Below, in pieces: positions 1-12,239 of a stretch of DNA of 64,000 nt. The translations under genes were made by a program, and so were the position numbers. The notes beneath the pieces are model-generated. The model worked only from the letters and a program-made list of their open reading frames with translations, was not told the DNA's origin and made no database searches. The DNA lies in assembly GCA_958009085.1 (NCBI GenBank), contig OY253668.1, forward strand, positions 1,116,001-1,180,000, written 5' to 3'. Origin of the DNA: Protoeuglena noctilucae. Its lineage: Eukaryota. Numbering within the stretch: position 1 is the first letter of the stretch; the number at the start of each line of letters is the position of its first letter.

Positions 1-1071
1 GCGCACAGACTGGGTCGCGGGGAGGAACAAAATGCATTCAGAGGCGCAAGGCCTTGGGCAGCAGCACAGCTTGCCGCCTCGCACCCCTCAGGTCAAGCCC
101 ACGGTTCCTTAGAGGGCCATGGAATCAGACTCCACAATAAAGCAGGCTCGCTGCCCGGCCTGGCCGTGCACAGGCTCGGGATCAGCAGACGCGCTGCGTC
201 CCGGCCCACCCAGCTTAGGAGCGAAGCGCTTCCAAGCCCCAAGTCTCAGGCGTTCGGCCAGAGAGTGTCGATATGATGCCGTCAGCGGAATGACGCGGCT
301 ATCAATCCAGCAGGCTGAGACCAGGCCCCAACGATGCCTTGCGGTACCGCCCTGCGCGTGTGATGGTCGCTTTGGGGACCCCAAACCGCCAGGCCCAAGC
401 ACACGATTCAGAGAGGCATCATGATAAGGCATCCGCGCTGAAAATGATTCCTTTTCCCCCAGTCAGACCCCCTTGTCGGACGGGCCTGGCAGCCGGGCGC
501 CGCGGTCGCATGAAGCCTTCGGCACGTTTCCCGATCGACTATTTCACACCGCGTCCAGCGGACATCTACTCATCCCACGAGTCACGCACGGCGCGCCAGG
601 GCTGTCCCAGGCCGTCCGCCGGAGCCGATGAGGTGACCCGCTGGTCCAGATTCTATCCCCAGTTGCCTGCCTTCTCGTCTGCCACAGCCAGTGCCCCGGG
701 GAGGCTCCTGGGTTCAGGTCCAGCGCCTCCGCGCTGGGCTCGCGCTGCTCACGCACCGCGTTGACAACGTCTCGTGATCAGAGTCCGGCCTCGTGCGGGC
801 GCACGGGCTGGCAGGGGTCGGGCCTGGAGCTTTGAGCGCTGCGCGTGCTGGTCCCCCGCCTCTTGGGGCTGGGGGCTGGACTTGCACCGGGAACAACAGC
901 AACAGCCGGACATTGCTTGATCCCGTGTCTCTGGAGGGTGCTTGGGGCATCCCGCGCCGCCCCGGCGTAGCAGCGGCAGACAACGTGGGTGGGACCCTCT
1001 GGGGCGCCCGCGTCCCACGGCCGGACTCGCCGCCTTGCATCGCAGTTTCAGGAAGGGGACGAGCCCCTTTC

Positions 1072-4000
1072 ATGGACCTCGGGCTCCGGGAGGGCAGCCG
1101 TGCGAACGCCAGCTCAAGGTGATGGAGACTGGAGCACCGCGCCTGCCGCTGCGTCCCCGATGGCTGGCGTCTGACCATCTCCTCGTATTTCGTTGGTCGT
1201 GCAGGCGTGAGGGACGGCGGGGGAACGTGCGGGGGTCCCTGGACGTCTGTGGAAGCGTCGCGGAGGATCCGTCCCTCGCGGCAAGCCCCGCCGCGTCCCT
1301 GGGCTCCGTCTCGACGGTGCAACAGGGCATCGACTGGGTTTCTCTTGGGAAGGTGCTGATTGCGGACGAGGACGGGGGCCTTTCGGACAGCAGCGTCCAG
1401 CAAGTGCTGCAACTTTTGGACGGACACACTGCGGATGAGATTGAGGCAGGCGAGGGGCCGCGCGATATGTCGCAAATGCGCCAAACTACACTCCACTGGC
1501 GTCCGCACCGCTCGGCGCCGCGATCGCGCCCCAGGACGGGGCACGACGGGAGCTGGGGGGCCGCTGCTGCCGCGACGTGCCCGCGCGCCCGCCTCGTCCC
1601 GCAGCCACGTGTATGGCGCTGGAGTACGCGCGGCGTGAGGAAGACTTGCGTTCGGGCAGGTCTGAGATGCCCCGCGCGGCATCGTCGGGCGTGAAGGACG
1701 CCGCGGGGCGGCCTCCCCTGTCGCCCTACGGGGCACAGGACGCGGGGCCCGTCCAGGGAGGCGGCGGGGGCGCGGCCGGCACGCCCGGAGGGGCCACGAA
1801 AGACGCGCAGCAGCGCCGCGCGGGCGGCTGGGTGATTGGCCCCCCGCGGCCCGTGTCGGACGGGGTGTCGGTCACGGCCGACGGCAGCATGCGCCACGAG
1901 GTGACCGGCGGCGGTGCCGCTGCCCCCGCGCGGCCGTCTGAGCGCCGGCGGTGGCTCACTCTGACTCCATGCCGCGCCCGCAGGTGACCCCGCCCCGGGA
2001 GGCGATGTTCCGTCCGCACGCCCCGCGCACGCACCGTGTCGAGTTCGACGAGAGGCGCATGACGCCGCCGTCCCTGGGCATCCGCGCGGGCGACACGGTC
2101 GAGTTCGTCCCGAAGCGCGGGACCGTGCGGCAGACCCTCCGCATCGTCAACGCCGAGGCGCCCGCGGGCGCCAACGTGGTGGCGGAGAGCAGTCCGCTGG
2201 GCGGCTCCACCTCCGGGGCGCCGTTCGCGCACACGTTCAGGGACATGGGCTACTTCACGGTCATGTCCGACATCTACTCGTTCGTCAACGCGGACGTCGC
2301 GGTGCACCACCCAGACTGGACGCCGAGCGGGGCCTCCACGCCCATGCGCGGCACGGGCTACTCGACCGGCCGCACGTCTCGCTCCGGCCAGGTGGACCTG
2401 ACGCCCCTCCTGGAGGCCGAGGAGCGCCTCACCGACCCCACGACGTTCCGACGCGACGCCCCGCCGGCCGTGGCACCGCGTGAGGTGCTGCAGTCGCCGG
2501 GGCAGCGGAAGGACAGCCTGCGGCGGTCGCAGAACTTGCTGGAGGAGATCCGCGCCAAGGCGGGCGTGGACGGCCAGGAGCCCAGCAGCGACGCGTCCCA
2601 GTCGTACGACCCCGCTCTGCCCATGCCGGACCCGTCGGTGGCACAGACGGCCTCCCAGCGGCTCCGCACGCGTATGGCCGCGGCCGACCTGTCCGTCGAG
2701 CTGGCGGCCGACCGGGGCCGCGGGCAGGACGACGCCCGGGGCATGGGCGGCTTTGTCGCCTCCTCTCACCAGGCCATCCAGGCCCACCAGCGCATCGGCC
2801 ACCTCCGGGCCGTGGCGACGCTGCAGCCGCGCCACCCCAGCTGCTCCGCGATCCCGCAGTGCAAGTTTGACACCCTGAGCAAGTGAGCGGCGCATGCAAG
2901 GGGCGACGGGGCAGGGCAAGCACGCGCATGTACCCACCCTCCCCCGCCCACCCTCTGCTTGTTGCCATCCTCAGGGTCTTCTACTGGCGCGGCGGCGACG
3001 ACCTGAGTCCCGTGACCCAGCCCCGCCCGGGCGTGATTGTCGAGGGCGTGACGCGAGGAACCCCCGACGCGGACTCGGCGTGCAAGATCGTCGCGGCGAT
3101 GGCGCCCGTGACGGGTCATCTCTGCGCCAACCTCCGGAGGGCGGCCGTGTCGCAGGGCCCGCTCCTCGACCTGCCGTGCGTGCTCGAGGCCAAAGTCGAG
3201 GCGCTCCTCACCGCCAACACCCTGCCCCCGAGGCTCTCGCCGGGCTTCCTCCCGCTCGCCCTCTCCCTCCTCTTGCACCGCGAGCCCTCCCTCGCGGCCG
3301 GTATGGGCAGCTGCTGCGGGTGCGTGCCCCCCGCGGGCCCCGTCCCACCGACCACGACCCCACCGGTGCCCACGGCCGGCCCCCTCGCCTCCGAGTTCGG
3401 GCCCCACGGCCCGGCCGTGCTCAGCGTCTTCTCGGAGATCGCCGAGTGCCTCGCGGAGCTCACCCTGAGCCCCAGGGACGCCGCGGGGGCGGGGCCGGGG
3501 TCGCAGTCGGCGCGGCCTTCGTTGTCTCGGGTGCTGATGCAGGAGGCGTTCCTGGCCGTGTGGGTGGTGCACGTGCACGCGTCGATGGGGCGCGGGGTGC
3601 TGGACGGGCGGGACGTGGAGGGGCGGCACCGGGAGCTGGGCGACTGGCGCACCCCCGCCGCCGGCCGGGGTCGCAAGAAGGGCTTCGAGTCCCGGCCGCT
3701 CCCGAAGGAGGCGACGGAGGCGCTCGCGGCCGTGGAGTCCGGCCTGCGCCTCGGCCTGGGCCGTCAGGTGGACCTGCTCCGCAAAACCATGTTCTGGCGC
3801 TCCGACCCTGCCAAGCGCTGGGCCGAGTGGGCTGAGTCGTACCAGGGGTGGCTGGGCGGCCTGTCGGTGGCGCAGTGGCTGGCCGTCTTCTGCAACACGG
3901 CCACCAAGGCCTTCATCCCCGTCGCCGGCAGCCCCATCCCCCTCGACCACCGCGGCACGGCGCCCCCTCTGCCGGGCTTCATCCGAGCCGACCAGCCCCT

Positions 4001-7000
4001 CACGCTCATGTTCGTCGTGCGCATCGGATGCCTGCTGCTCGAGGACTGGTGAGCTTCCCTCGCTGGGCCGGGGGCAAGCCAGTGGGTGCTGCCCTGCGAG
4101 TGACTCGATTGTCGCTGACCCACTCGCGTCGCCCTACCCTCGCAGGGATCCCCCCGCGCGCGATGCCCGGGGCGGCCAGAGCGCCCAGGTGTCCTCGCAG
4201 GTGCTGTCGTTCTTGAGCGTGGACGACCCGACCGGCAAGCACGAGGAGCGGCGGTGGGTGCGGCATGCCAGCCAGCTGGGCCCGGCCTTGAGCGCGCGGC
4301 TGGCCCTCGTGACCGTCGGCGCCATGGCCGCGCTCGGCTACACGGCGCTGCGCACCCCGGGGTTCTTCAACGCCTGGGGCCCCGCGCTGGCCGCGCTCGT
4401 CGCCCCCTGCCTGGCCACGCTGCCCACGGTCCTCTACCACGCGACGGAAGGCACCTTTGGGGTCCGCCCGCCCAACCGCGCCGCGCTCGAGCAGGCCCAG
4501 GCGTCCCTCGCGGCCGCCTCGGCCGACGTCCGCCTCGAGGCCCTCTACCTGCTGGCTCAGGCCGTCGAGTCCCACCTCTGCGCGCTTCGGTCCGACCGGC
4601 GCCCCGCGCACCACGTGCTGTCACTGGAGGACTCGGACAGCCTCCGGAGCCTCGGCGTCCCCGCGGCCATGCTCGCCCCGCCTTCCCGCGAAGCCCAGGT
4701 GGGTTGGACTGGGTCTTGGTCACTGCCGGTGATGGAAGGTCAGTGTCGATGTCTCTGCGACTCCTCCATGTCGCTGGCATGCTCGCACGAGGCGCTCGAT
4801 CCAGCACCCTGAATCGCTCCGCAACGGCGTGGCGTGTCCCCACCCGCAGCAACGGTCGGCGCTGCTGTCCCTGGGCCTGGACCCCAGTGAGTTTGAGTCC
4901 AGCGAGGGGCAGGACGCGAGGAGCGGGGCGAAGGCGAGCAAGAGGAATCGGCGGAACAGGAGGGGTGCGAAGAAGGACGGGGAGAGGGGCGGGGAGGGCG
5001 AGGGCGCAGCGGGGGCGGAGGCGGCAGGGCCCAGCAACGCTACCCCAGCGCTGCCCAAGGGAGGGGCGGCGGGGGCACGGGCGCACGCGCAGGGGGTGTC
5101 GTCGAAGACCGGGAGTGGCGCGAGTGCCACGCCCGAGGCTGGGGCCGCGGGGCAGTCGGGGCAGGGCAAGCACGGCGGGCGTGGCGCAGGGCGCGGGGGA
5201 GGCGGGCAGGGCGCAGGGGCGGGCGGGGAGGGCGGAGGGCGGTCGCGGTCGCAGAGTCGCGAGCGCGGGAAGGGTCTCACGGGCCACGCGGCGGACGGCG
5301 AGGCGCGGGACGCTTCGGGCGATGAGGACGAGCCCGGTGACGGTACGAACACGCAATGGGCCGTGGGGCGTAACGAGTCTGGGAAGGGGATCCTGGTGGA
5401 CGGCGCGGTGGAGATGGGCACCACGCGTGCCAGGGAGGGGAGCGTCTTCACGTCTGCCCACTCCCGCGACGTGAGAGTTGCTGCATGCATAACTGGCAAT
5501 GGCGCTGCCGTGCTGCCGCTCCCGCTTGCTCATGGCCCGCGCTGCGCCCTCGCAGGAGTCGCGTCCCGTGTCCACGACCGATGCGGCGGAGGGCCCCCGT
5601 GCTCACGCCAGCAGCGCCACCACGCCGGCACCGTCTCGCCACTCCACGCCCCCGCGTCGGGCGGCGGGGCTGAGCCACCCGACCTCCCCGGAGCCGCTCG
5701 AGGCGGAGGCGGCCGGCGAGGACGGACGCGTCTTGCTCGATCGCCACCGCCGGCCCTCTTTGTCCCTGCGGCACGATGTGTCCGAGGCGACGGTGGCGGG
5801 GGCGGTCGACGATGCCCGGGGGTCTCCCGAAGACTCCCCGGGCCTCTCTGCGCTGCCGGCGAGCCATTTGCCGGGGATGCCGCGCGGTGGGGAGGATCGA
5901 GAGCTGTTCGACCTTTTGCCAGTGGAGAACGAGTCGCTGGACATCGGCATGGGAGAGGAGGGGTCGGGCGAGCGCGGGCGGCCCTTGATGCGCCTCAGCC
6001 GCCACCTGTCGGAGCTTCCTGACATGGAGGGCTCCGACATGCCGCGGCGCCCGTCGAGCAAGACGGGCAGCCACTACGGAGCGGCGGAGGTGCTCCCGCT
6101 CAACATCACCATCAGCCGCCGGGCCTCAGAGCTCTCGCGCAAGTCTTCCGGAAGCAAGGGGAAGATGTTACGCAGCTCGTCGCGGGGAGGTGAGGGGCGG
6201 AGAGCCGGCGCTTGGGGCACGCATCCTGGTCAGATGCGTGACTGCAACGCGCACCGCTGCCCTGGTCCCGGCAAGCAGCCCTTTCATGCGATCGCGTGTG
6301 CATAGACCCGCTCTCTCTCCGCGCCTGCAGGAACGCCCTTCTACCCCACCCCGCCGTCCTCTGTGGACGAACGGGAAATGCCGCCCGTCGGCGTGCACCA
6401 CCGGGCACGCGCCTTGTCCCAGAGCTCCATGGCCTCGCACCACTCCTTCTCAGGACCCTTCTCCGTGCCCGGGTCGCCCAGCCCGGCTATCGGCTTCGGC
6501 CACATGCCGGGCATGAGCCACGGCATGTCCCCACCGGGCTCGCCAGCCGTGCCACGGTACAGCCACAACGGCATGGTGTTCCCTCCGCCGCCGCCCGGGC
6601 CCCCGCCGCCCGGCCCACCGCCTCCCGGGCCCCCCCCACCGGGGCCGCCGCCGTCAGGGCCCCCACCACCCCCCACAGAGCCTTATCCAGGGGACGTCCG
6701 CCCGCCGCTGCCCCCGGGGTCTCCGTCCGGCGGCCTCCGCGGCCCCTCGGGCTTCAGCCAGCGCCGCACGGCGTCGGGAGAGTTCCTGCGGTCCTCCAGG
6801 GACCCCGGGACGGTGGCGGGCCCCTCCCCTCCCCCCGGCAACCCCCCAGACCAGCGGGGCAGGAGTCGGCTGGGATCGAACGTCAGAGGCGTGGACTCGG
6901 TGGTCATCACCGACGGGGAGGCGGAGGCGGAGGCGGGGAGGATCCCGCGGTCGAGGCAGTTGCGGGACGCGGATGGGGACGAGGGCGCGGCTCTCTTGGA

Positions 7001-10000
7001 GGACGGAAACGCAGAGGTGAGAGCGCGTGGCATGGCAGGGTGCCGCACTGGTGACGCATGTGTGTACGTTGCTGCACGCCTTGCAGCGGTGGTCTTGGTC
7101 GTATCATGGGGAGTTGGAGTTTATGGATGAACATTCTGTGACCGGCCACTGGTGCAACTAGCTGGTTACCAACTCTTGACGTTGCGCTCTCCGCCACGCC
7201 TTGTGCAGGAGAACAGGGAGCCTGCTGAGGGAGGGAACGCCGCTGCGGCTGAGCCATCGCGGACCATGCGCCCGCCGCTGCCGCCGGGCCCACCTCCCTC
7301 CGAGCCCCCGCCGTCGCGACGGACGGTGGAGAGCCCGCCTGCGCAGGGCGCCATGGCGAGCCACATGTCATCCATCACAGAGGAGGGCGGCAGCGTGCAC
7401 GGGAGCGACCTCGCCAGCGCGGCGATGAGCAAGAGGGCCAGCGGGGTCGACCTGGACCACGGCAAGGGACCCCAGCGCCCGAGCGGCATCATCGTGGCGG
7501 GCATGGTGGTGGAGGACCGCGGGGTGATGCGCCAGGCCATCTCCGGCAAGGAAGAGCCGCCCGGCGCACCGGCAGAGGGGTCCGAGCACCCGCAGCTTCC
7601 GCAGGTGCCGGCGAGTGCCCCACCTGTGGCCGAGCCCGGCGCGCACCCGGCACCGCACCCCCAGGTGCACGCGCAGCAGCCGCCCCCGCCGCGGCAGGGC
7701 CACGGTCCCCCGCCGCCCCCGTCCGCGCCCGCCTTCGAGCCGCCCGCGACCGACAGTCCCCGTGGGAACCGCCACGCCGCGGCGGGGAGTGCGCCCAAGC
7801 ACGGCCAGCAGTGGCAGCCGCACGCACCCCCGCATGCGCCCCCACACGCGCCCCCGCACGCCCCGCCCGGTCCGCGGCCCACCATCCCGGGCATGCCTGG
7901 CGTCGTGGTGCCTCAGGGGCCGTTTGGTGCCGACGCGATGGGCCCAATGGGTATGGCACGAGGCCCTACGGTCCCCGGCACGATGCCTCCCATGGCGCGC
8001 ATGCCGGGCCCTGGGTCCCCGGCGGCGGTGCGCATGCCCGGGATGGCACCCGCGGGGACGCAGCACATGACAGGGACCAGCGTGCCTGCGATGAGTCGCT
8101 TGTTCCGACCGGGGGAGGCGCTGAGCGGAGCCATGCCAGGCACGGGGCCCATGGCCATGCCTGGGACGGGGCCCATGGCGATCCCTGGCGTGCCAAGCAT
8201 GGTGGCGTACCCCGGGATGCACTTCGCGGGCCCCCGCCCCGGCATGCCAGGCGTGGCGGGCTCGGTGCCGCCCAACATGGTGGCAATGCAGATGCAGATG
8301 CAGACTCAGGCGCAAGCACAAGCCCAAGCTCAGGCGCAAGCTCAGGCGCAAGCGCAGGCACAGGCTCAGGGGCAGGCGCACATGGGGTCGCCAGGGATGT
8401 CCGTCATGGCGGGGCAGTTCCCAGGCATGGTCGGCATGGCGTTGCCGATGATGCAACCGGACGGCACGGTTGTTATGGTGCCCGTTCTAGTGCCCCAGGG
8501 CATCTCCGGCAGCCCCATCTTACCCGGCATGGCCAGCGCGGCCGAGGGGACCGTCGGGGCGCCTTACTTCGTGTCGGGGGGCTACCCCGCCGGGATCACT
8601 CAGGTGCGCGTGGGGCTCATTGGTGCGCCGCTCGCTGAGATCCCCCGATGTCGCCTGTTGATCTCCCGCAACGCTTTCCCTGTTGGCTTTCCCTCCCCGC
8701 CATTGGCAGAGGCTGTGGACTGGGCCGGCCTTGTACCACGCATGCCCAGTTTCCTTGCAGCAACCCACTCCTCCCTGCAGTCACTCACGCTATGTCCCTC
8801 TTTGTTGTCCGTCACAGGGTCACATGGTGGCGGCCCACCTCATGGGCCACGCGCACCCCATGGCGCCCAACCACGCGACGAGCGGGCAGTCTCCCCGCTC
8901 CCGGCGCACGTCCATCGACTCCCCGGGCACTCCCCGCAGCCCGGACCGCTCCGCGCCGACCTCGCAGCGCCGCGGGTCGCACGGCGCGGCGTCCTCCCGG
9001 TCCCGCCGCGCCTCGTCGGCTCGCAACGACGCCGACTCCGGCAGCAGCGGCAGCCACGTCCGTCCCGAGCCCCACGCGGCGCAGCAGAGCCGACTGGGCG
9101 CGGCGTACGTGCGGGAGGAGCCCCCGGTCGCGGCTGAGGCCGAGTGGGCGGGCTCCGAGTCGGGTGCTTTGGACTACGTCGCGCCTCCTCCGCACGTCCA
9201 GCAGCAGATGCTCGAGGCACAGGCCAAGGCGCACGCGCACGCGCACCCTCACGTGCCCGGCCAGGCGCAGGCGATGGCGGCAGGAGCTGACCCGGGGCAG
9301 GGGCATGGGTACGGCCAGGGCGGGCATGCGCAGGGCGTGCCTGGGCCACCGCCAGCTCCCCCGGCCAGGGCAGACCAAGGCGAAGTCCCCGCCGCTGCCA
9401 GGGAGCAGCGGGGCGCACCGCAGCCGGCGGCAGCAGCGGCGACACCGGCGTCTGCGTCTGCCTCAGCGTCGGCAGCCCCGACGGCCATCCTGGCTCGCGG
9501 CTTCGTCCCGCCTGCGCCAACGCAGGCCCCGCGCCCGGCGCCGCCCGCGCCGCAGCAAGCGGCGCCCGCGCCCCCGCCCCCAGCAGCCACCCCGCCCGCA
9601 GTGGCCCACCCAGCTCCGGCCCACCCAGCCCCCGCACCGCCCAGCCGCGAGGCTGCGGCCCCGGCAGCCGACCCTGCCCCGCCGTCCGAGGGAGGGCACC
9701 CGCCGGGTGCGGAGCGGGGCGGTCGCAAGGCGGATGGGCAGGAGGGGCACCGCGGGGGAGAGCGCAGGGAACGCAGGGAGCGCGGGAAGGATCGTGACAG
9801 GGAGCGCCAGGACCGGCCTGACCGTGGGGACGCCCCCGGGAAGCAGGAGAAGGGAGCGACGGAGGCACCGGGTCCGAATTCGAACCCGAACCTGGGCGCC
9901 GCGGAGGGGCGGGGCCGAGGGGGGCGTGCGCGGGGCCGGGAGAGCGGAGACGCGAGGCGGCATGGCGGGGCGGAGGGGCCTGGGCCGCAGGGGCCCGGGC

Positions 10001-11953
10001 AGGCTGAGCGTATCGAGGGTAGGGAGGGGGTCAGAGAGACGGCGCACGCGGGGGTGGCGGCGGGGCCGGGTGGGGAGAGGGGTTCGGAGCCGCGTGGGGG
10101 TGCGGAGGGTGGGCGTGGGCGTGGGTCCGGGAAGGAGGGGAGAGGCGGGGGGCGGGGGCGCGACCGGGACAGGGAGAGGGGTGGCGCTGGTGCGGGCCCG
10201 CACGGGCAGGCAGAGGGAGCGCAAGCGAGCACGAGGGATGGCGCGACGGGGCACGTGGGTCGGCCGTCGCGTCGATCGTCGGACCGGCACGAGGTGGTGG
10301 TTGAGGCGGTGCACTCGGGGCCACACGGGGTGGGGACCGACGGGGCGGGTCACGTCGACTCGGGTGACCACGGGAGGAGGGAGCGTGCGCCAGAGCCACA
10401 TGTGTCGGAGCGGCCTCATGCGGAGCGGGCGGGAGCCGCGCCGGACAAGCGGCCGTCTGCGGGGGCCGAGGATGCGAGTGCAGCGGCGGCGGGTGGCCCT
10501 GGCAGGGGTCGCGGGGAGGGGAGGGACCGGGACCGTCGGGGTGGCCGGGGGGAGAGGGGTGCCGGTGCCAGGGAGCCTGGCCCTGTCGAAGGCGGGGCGC
10601 ATCGGGAAGGGGCGGGGTCGCATGTTGTTGAGGGGGCGAAGCGCGCCGCAGCGGAAGGGCACACACAGGCGCAGCCACGTGCACAGGAGGCCCATGCGCA
10701 CGCCCACGCCCACGGCGCCAGTCATGCTGCCAGTCACCGCGGCGGCGACCCTCAGGGGCCTGCTCGCCAGGATTCTGCGGCTGCCGCTGCGAGCAGCGCG
10801 TCGCCGGGCGGCGGCCGGGGCGGCGGGCGGGGTGGCGGCAGGGATGGCCGCGGGGAGGTCGCCCGTCCGCCGCCGGCGAGCGAGGCCGAGGCGCGACTTG
10901 AGGAGCAGCTCTTCGGGAAGCCGGGGGCCTCTCATGCGGAGGCTGCCGAGCGCGGGCAGGGGTCCAGGGACGTCTCTTCCCCGCCTGCCCCGCCTGCCCC
11001 GCCTGCCCCGGCGGGGGTCGCGACGCGTGGCGCAGATCCGCCTGCGCAGCCGAAGGGCTCGGGTCGCGGGCGCGGTGGCATCGACTCCGACGAGGAGCGG
11101 GACCTGGAGGAGCGGCTGTTCGGGGGCTCGCGGGGCGGCCCGGCCATCGGCACGCTCAACTGGGCGGAGGAGGTGGGGCAGGACGAGCACGAGCACCCGG
11201 AGCGGCACCGGCAGATGCACCTCGAGCGTGAGTGCCTATGTCAGGCCGCGCACCTGCAGCTGATCGGACCTAGTTGCTTGGGATCGGCACCCCTGGCATG
11301 CATAGATCCTCGCAACACCACTTCGGCACCAACCCCACCCCACCCGTGCTTCCCGCAGGTCCCCCAGCCCCTCCGGCGCCCAAGCCAGGCATGCCCCAGA
11401 GTCGTCTTATCGGCGGCTCAGGGCGTGGCGACTGGGCCGCAGTCAGCCCAAGCCCGGGGCCTGGGCCCATGAGCGGGCCCATGCCGACGCCGCCCTCCTT
11501 CCACCGAGGTCCAGACGCACCCCGGTGGACGAGTCCGTCTGGGGGGTTCGGGGACCCGCGTGGGGACTTCCGCGGCAGCCCTGGGGACTTCCGGGGCGGG
11601 CCCGGCGGGTGGGGTGGCGGCGGCCCTGGGGGGTTCCGCAGCTTTGGGCGGGACGGGCCGCCGCCGCCGCACGGGGGTAGGGGCGCACCGTGGGGTCACC
11701 CGCACGGGGGCGGCGGGCGGGGGATGGGCCGCGGGGGCCCCGGGATGGGAGGTGCATGGCGCGCGGGGCGTGGATGGATGCTTGGCGAGATTAGATGGCA
11801 GGCGCAGGATCATGGATGGTGTTGGCAGATGAGTGTTTTGACTGGGCGGATCTCAACGGGGTCTCTCTGTTGCGCGCAGGGCCGTCTCCGTCGTCGTCGT
11901 CATGGCGCCAGGAGGGGCGTTTCGACGGGAAGGCTGACCGCGAGCGATGGTGA
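1072..11953 (+). CDS. Giant (~3,100 aa) multi-exon hypothetical protein: cupredoxin-like module, helical/TM region, very long Pro/Gly/Ala/Gln/Arg-rich disordered C-terminus
   Basis: 13 exons join in frame with GT/GC-AG boundaries: 1072-1118, 1205-1449, 1605-1900, 1984-2882, 2975-4048, 4146-4698, 4850-5470, 5556-6189, 6331-7016, 7209-8603, 8818-11227, 11359-11751, 11880-11953 (sum 9327 nt). Stop is TGA at 11951-11953. The 5' end is uncertain: 1072 is the first in-frame ATG, and upstream exons may exist. Confidence 0.6.
6582..6675 (+). repeat. Coding repeat encoding (PPPGP)n
   Basis: Translation FPPPPPGPPPPGPPPPGPPPPGPPPSGPPPPP, an imperfect 15-nt unit. Confidence 0.85.
8286..8380 (+). repeat. 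Coding repeat encoding (QM)n then (QA)n dipeptides
   Basis: Translation MQMQMQTQAQAQAQAQAQAQAQAQAQAQGQA, built from mixed codons. Confidence 0.85.
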
Positions 11954-12239
11954 CGTCGACGGCGATGAGCGGAGATTGAATCGCCAGTGCGCCTGCGCTT
12001 GGTGATTGTGGGGGCCACGAGCAAGGCGCAACCCTTCAAGGGCCTTCTGGGAAGCACCGCGGCGCGAGGGGCGCGTGGATGTCATTACGGTGAATGCACT
12101 TGTCCATGCTAGCATTAGACGAACGATGAATCCGCACGAAGGCATGGCTGCGGCACTTGGTGGGTGTCGCTGGCACCCACCCAGACATTGGCACGACACC
12201 CCTGCGGTCATCAACACGTCGCCATGAGCACCCCTTCTG

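Noticed and set aside
1..1071. ORFs at the window start (109-764)
   Set aside because: They have no motifs. A possible extra 5' exon (ATG 511, donor 633) could not be joined in phase to the giant gene, so it is left unresolved.
1899..1989. 8-nt direct repeat AGGTGACC at both ends of an intron (similarly TGCAGGTG near 32780/32915), resembling introner target-site duplications
   Set aside because: It is largely explained by the AG|GT splice consensus on both sides. I saw no convincing terminal inverted repeats and no family of similar introns by eye. An all-versus-all intron alignment would settle it.
8648..11472. Several very long overlapping ORFs (871 aa, 585 aa, 327 aa) suggesting overlapping or antisense genes
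   Set aside because: Stop codons are scarce in such GC-rich low-complexity DNA. Only the 8683 frame joins in phase with the flanking exons.
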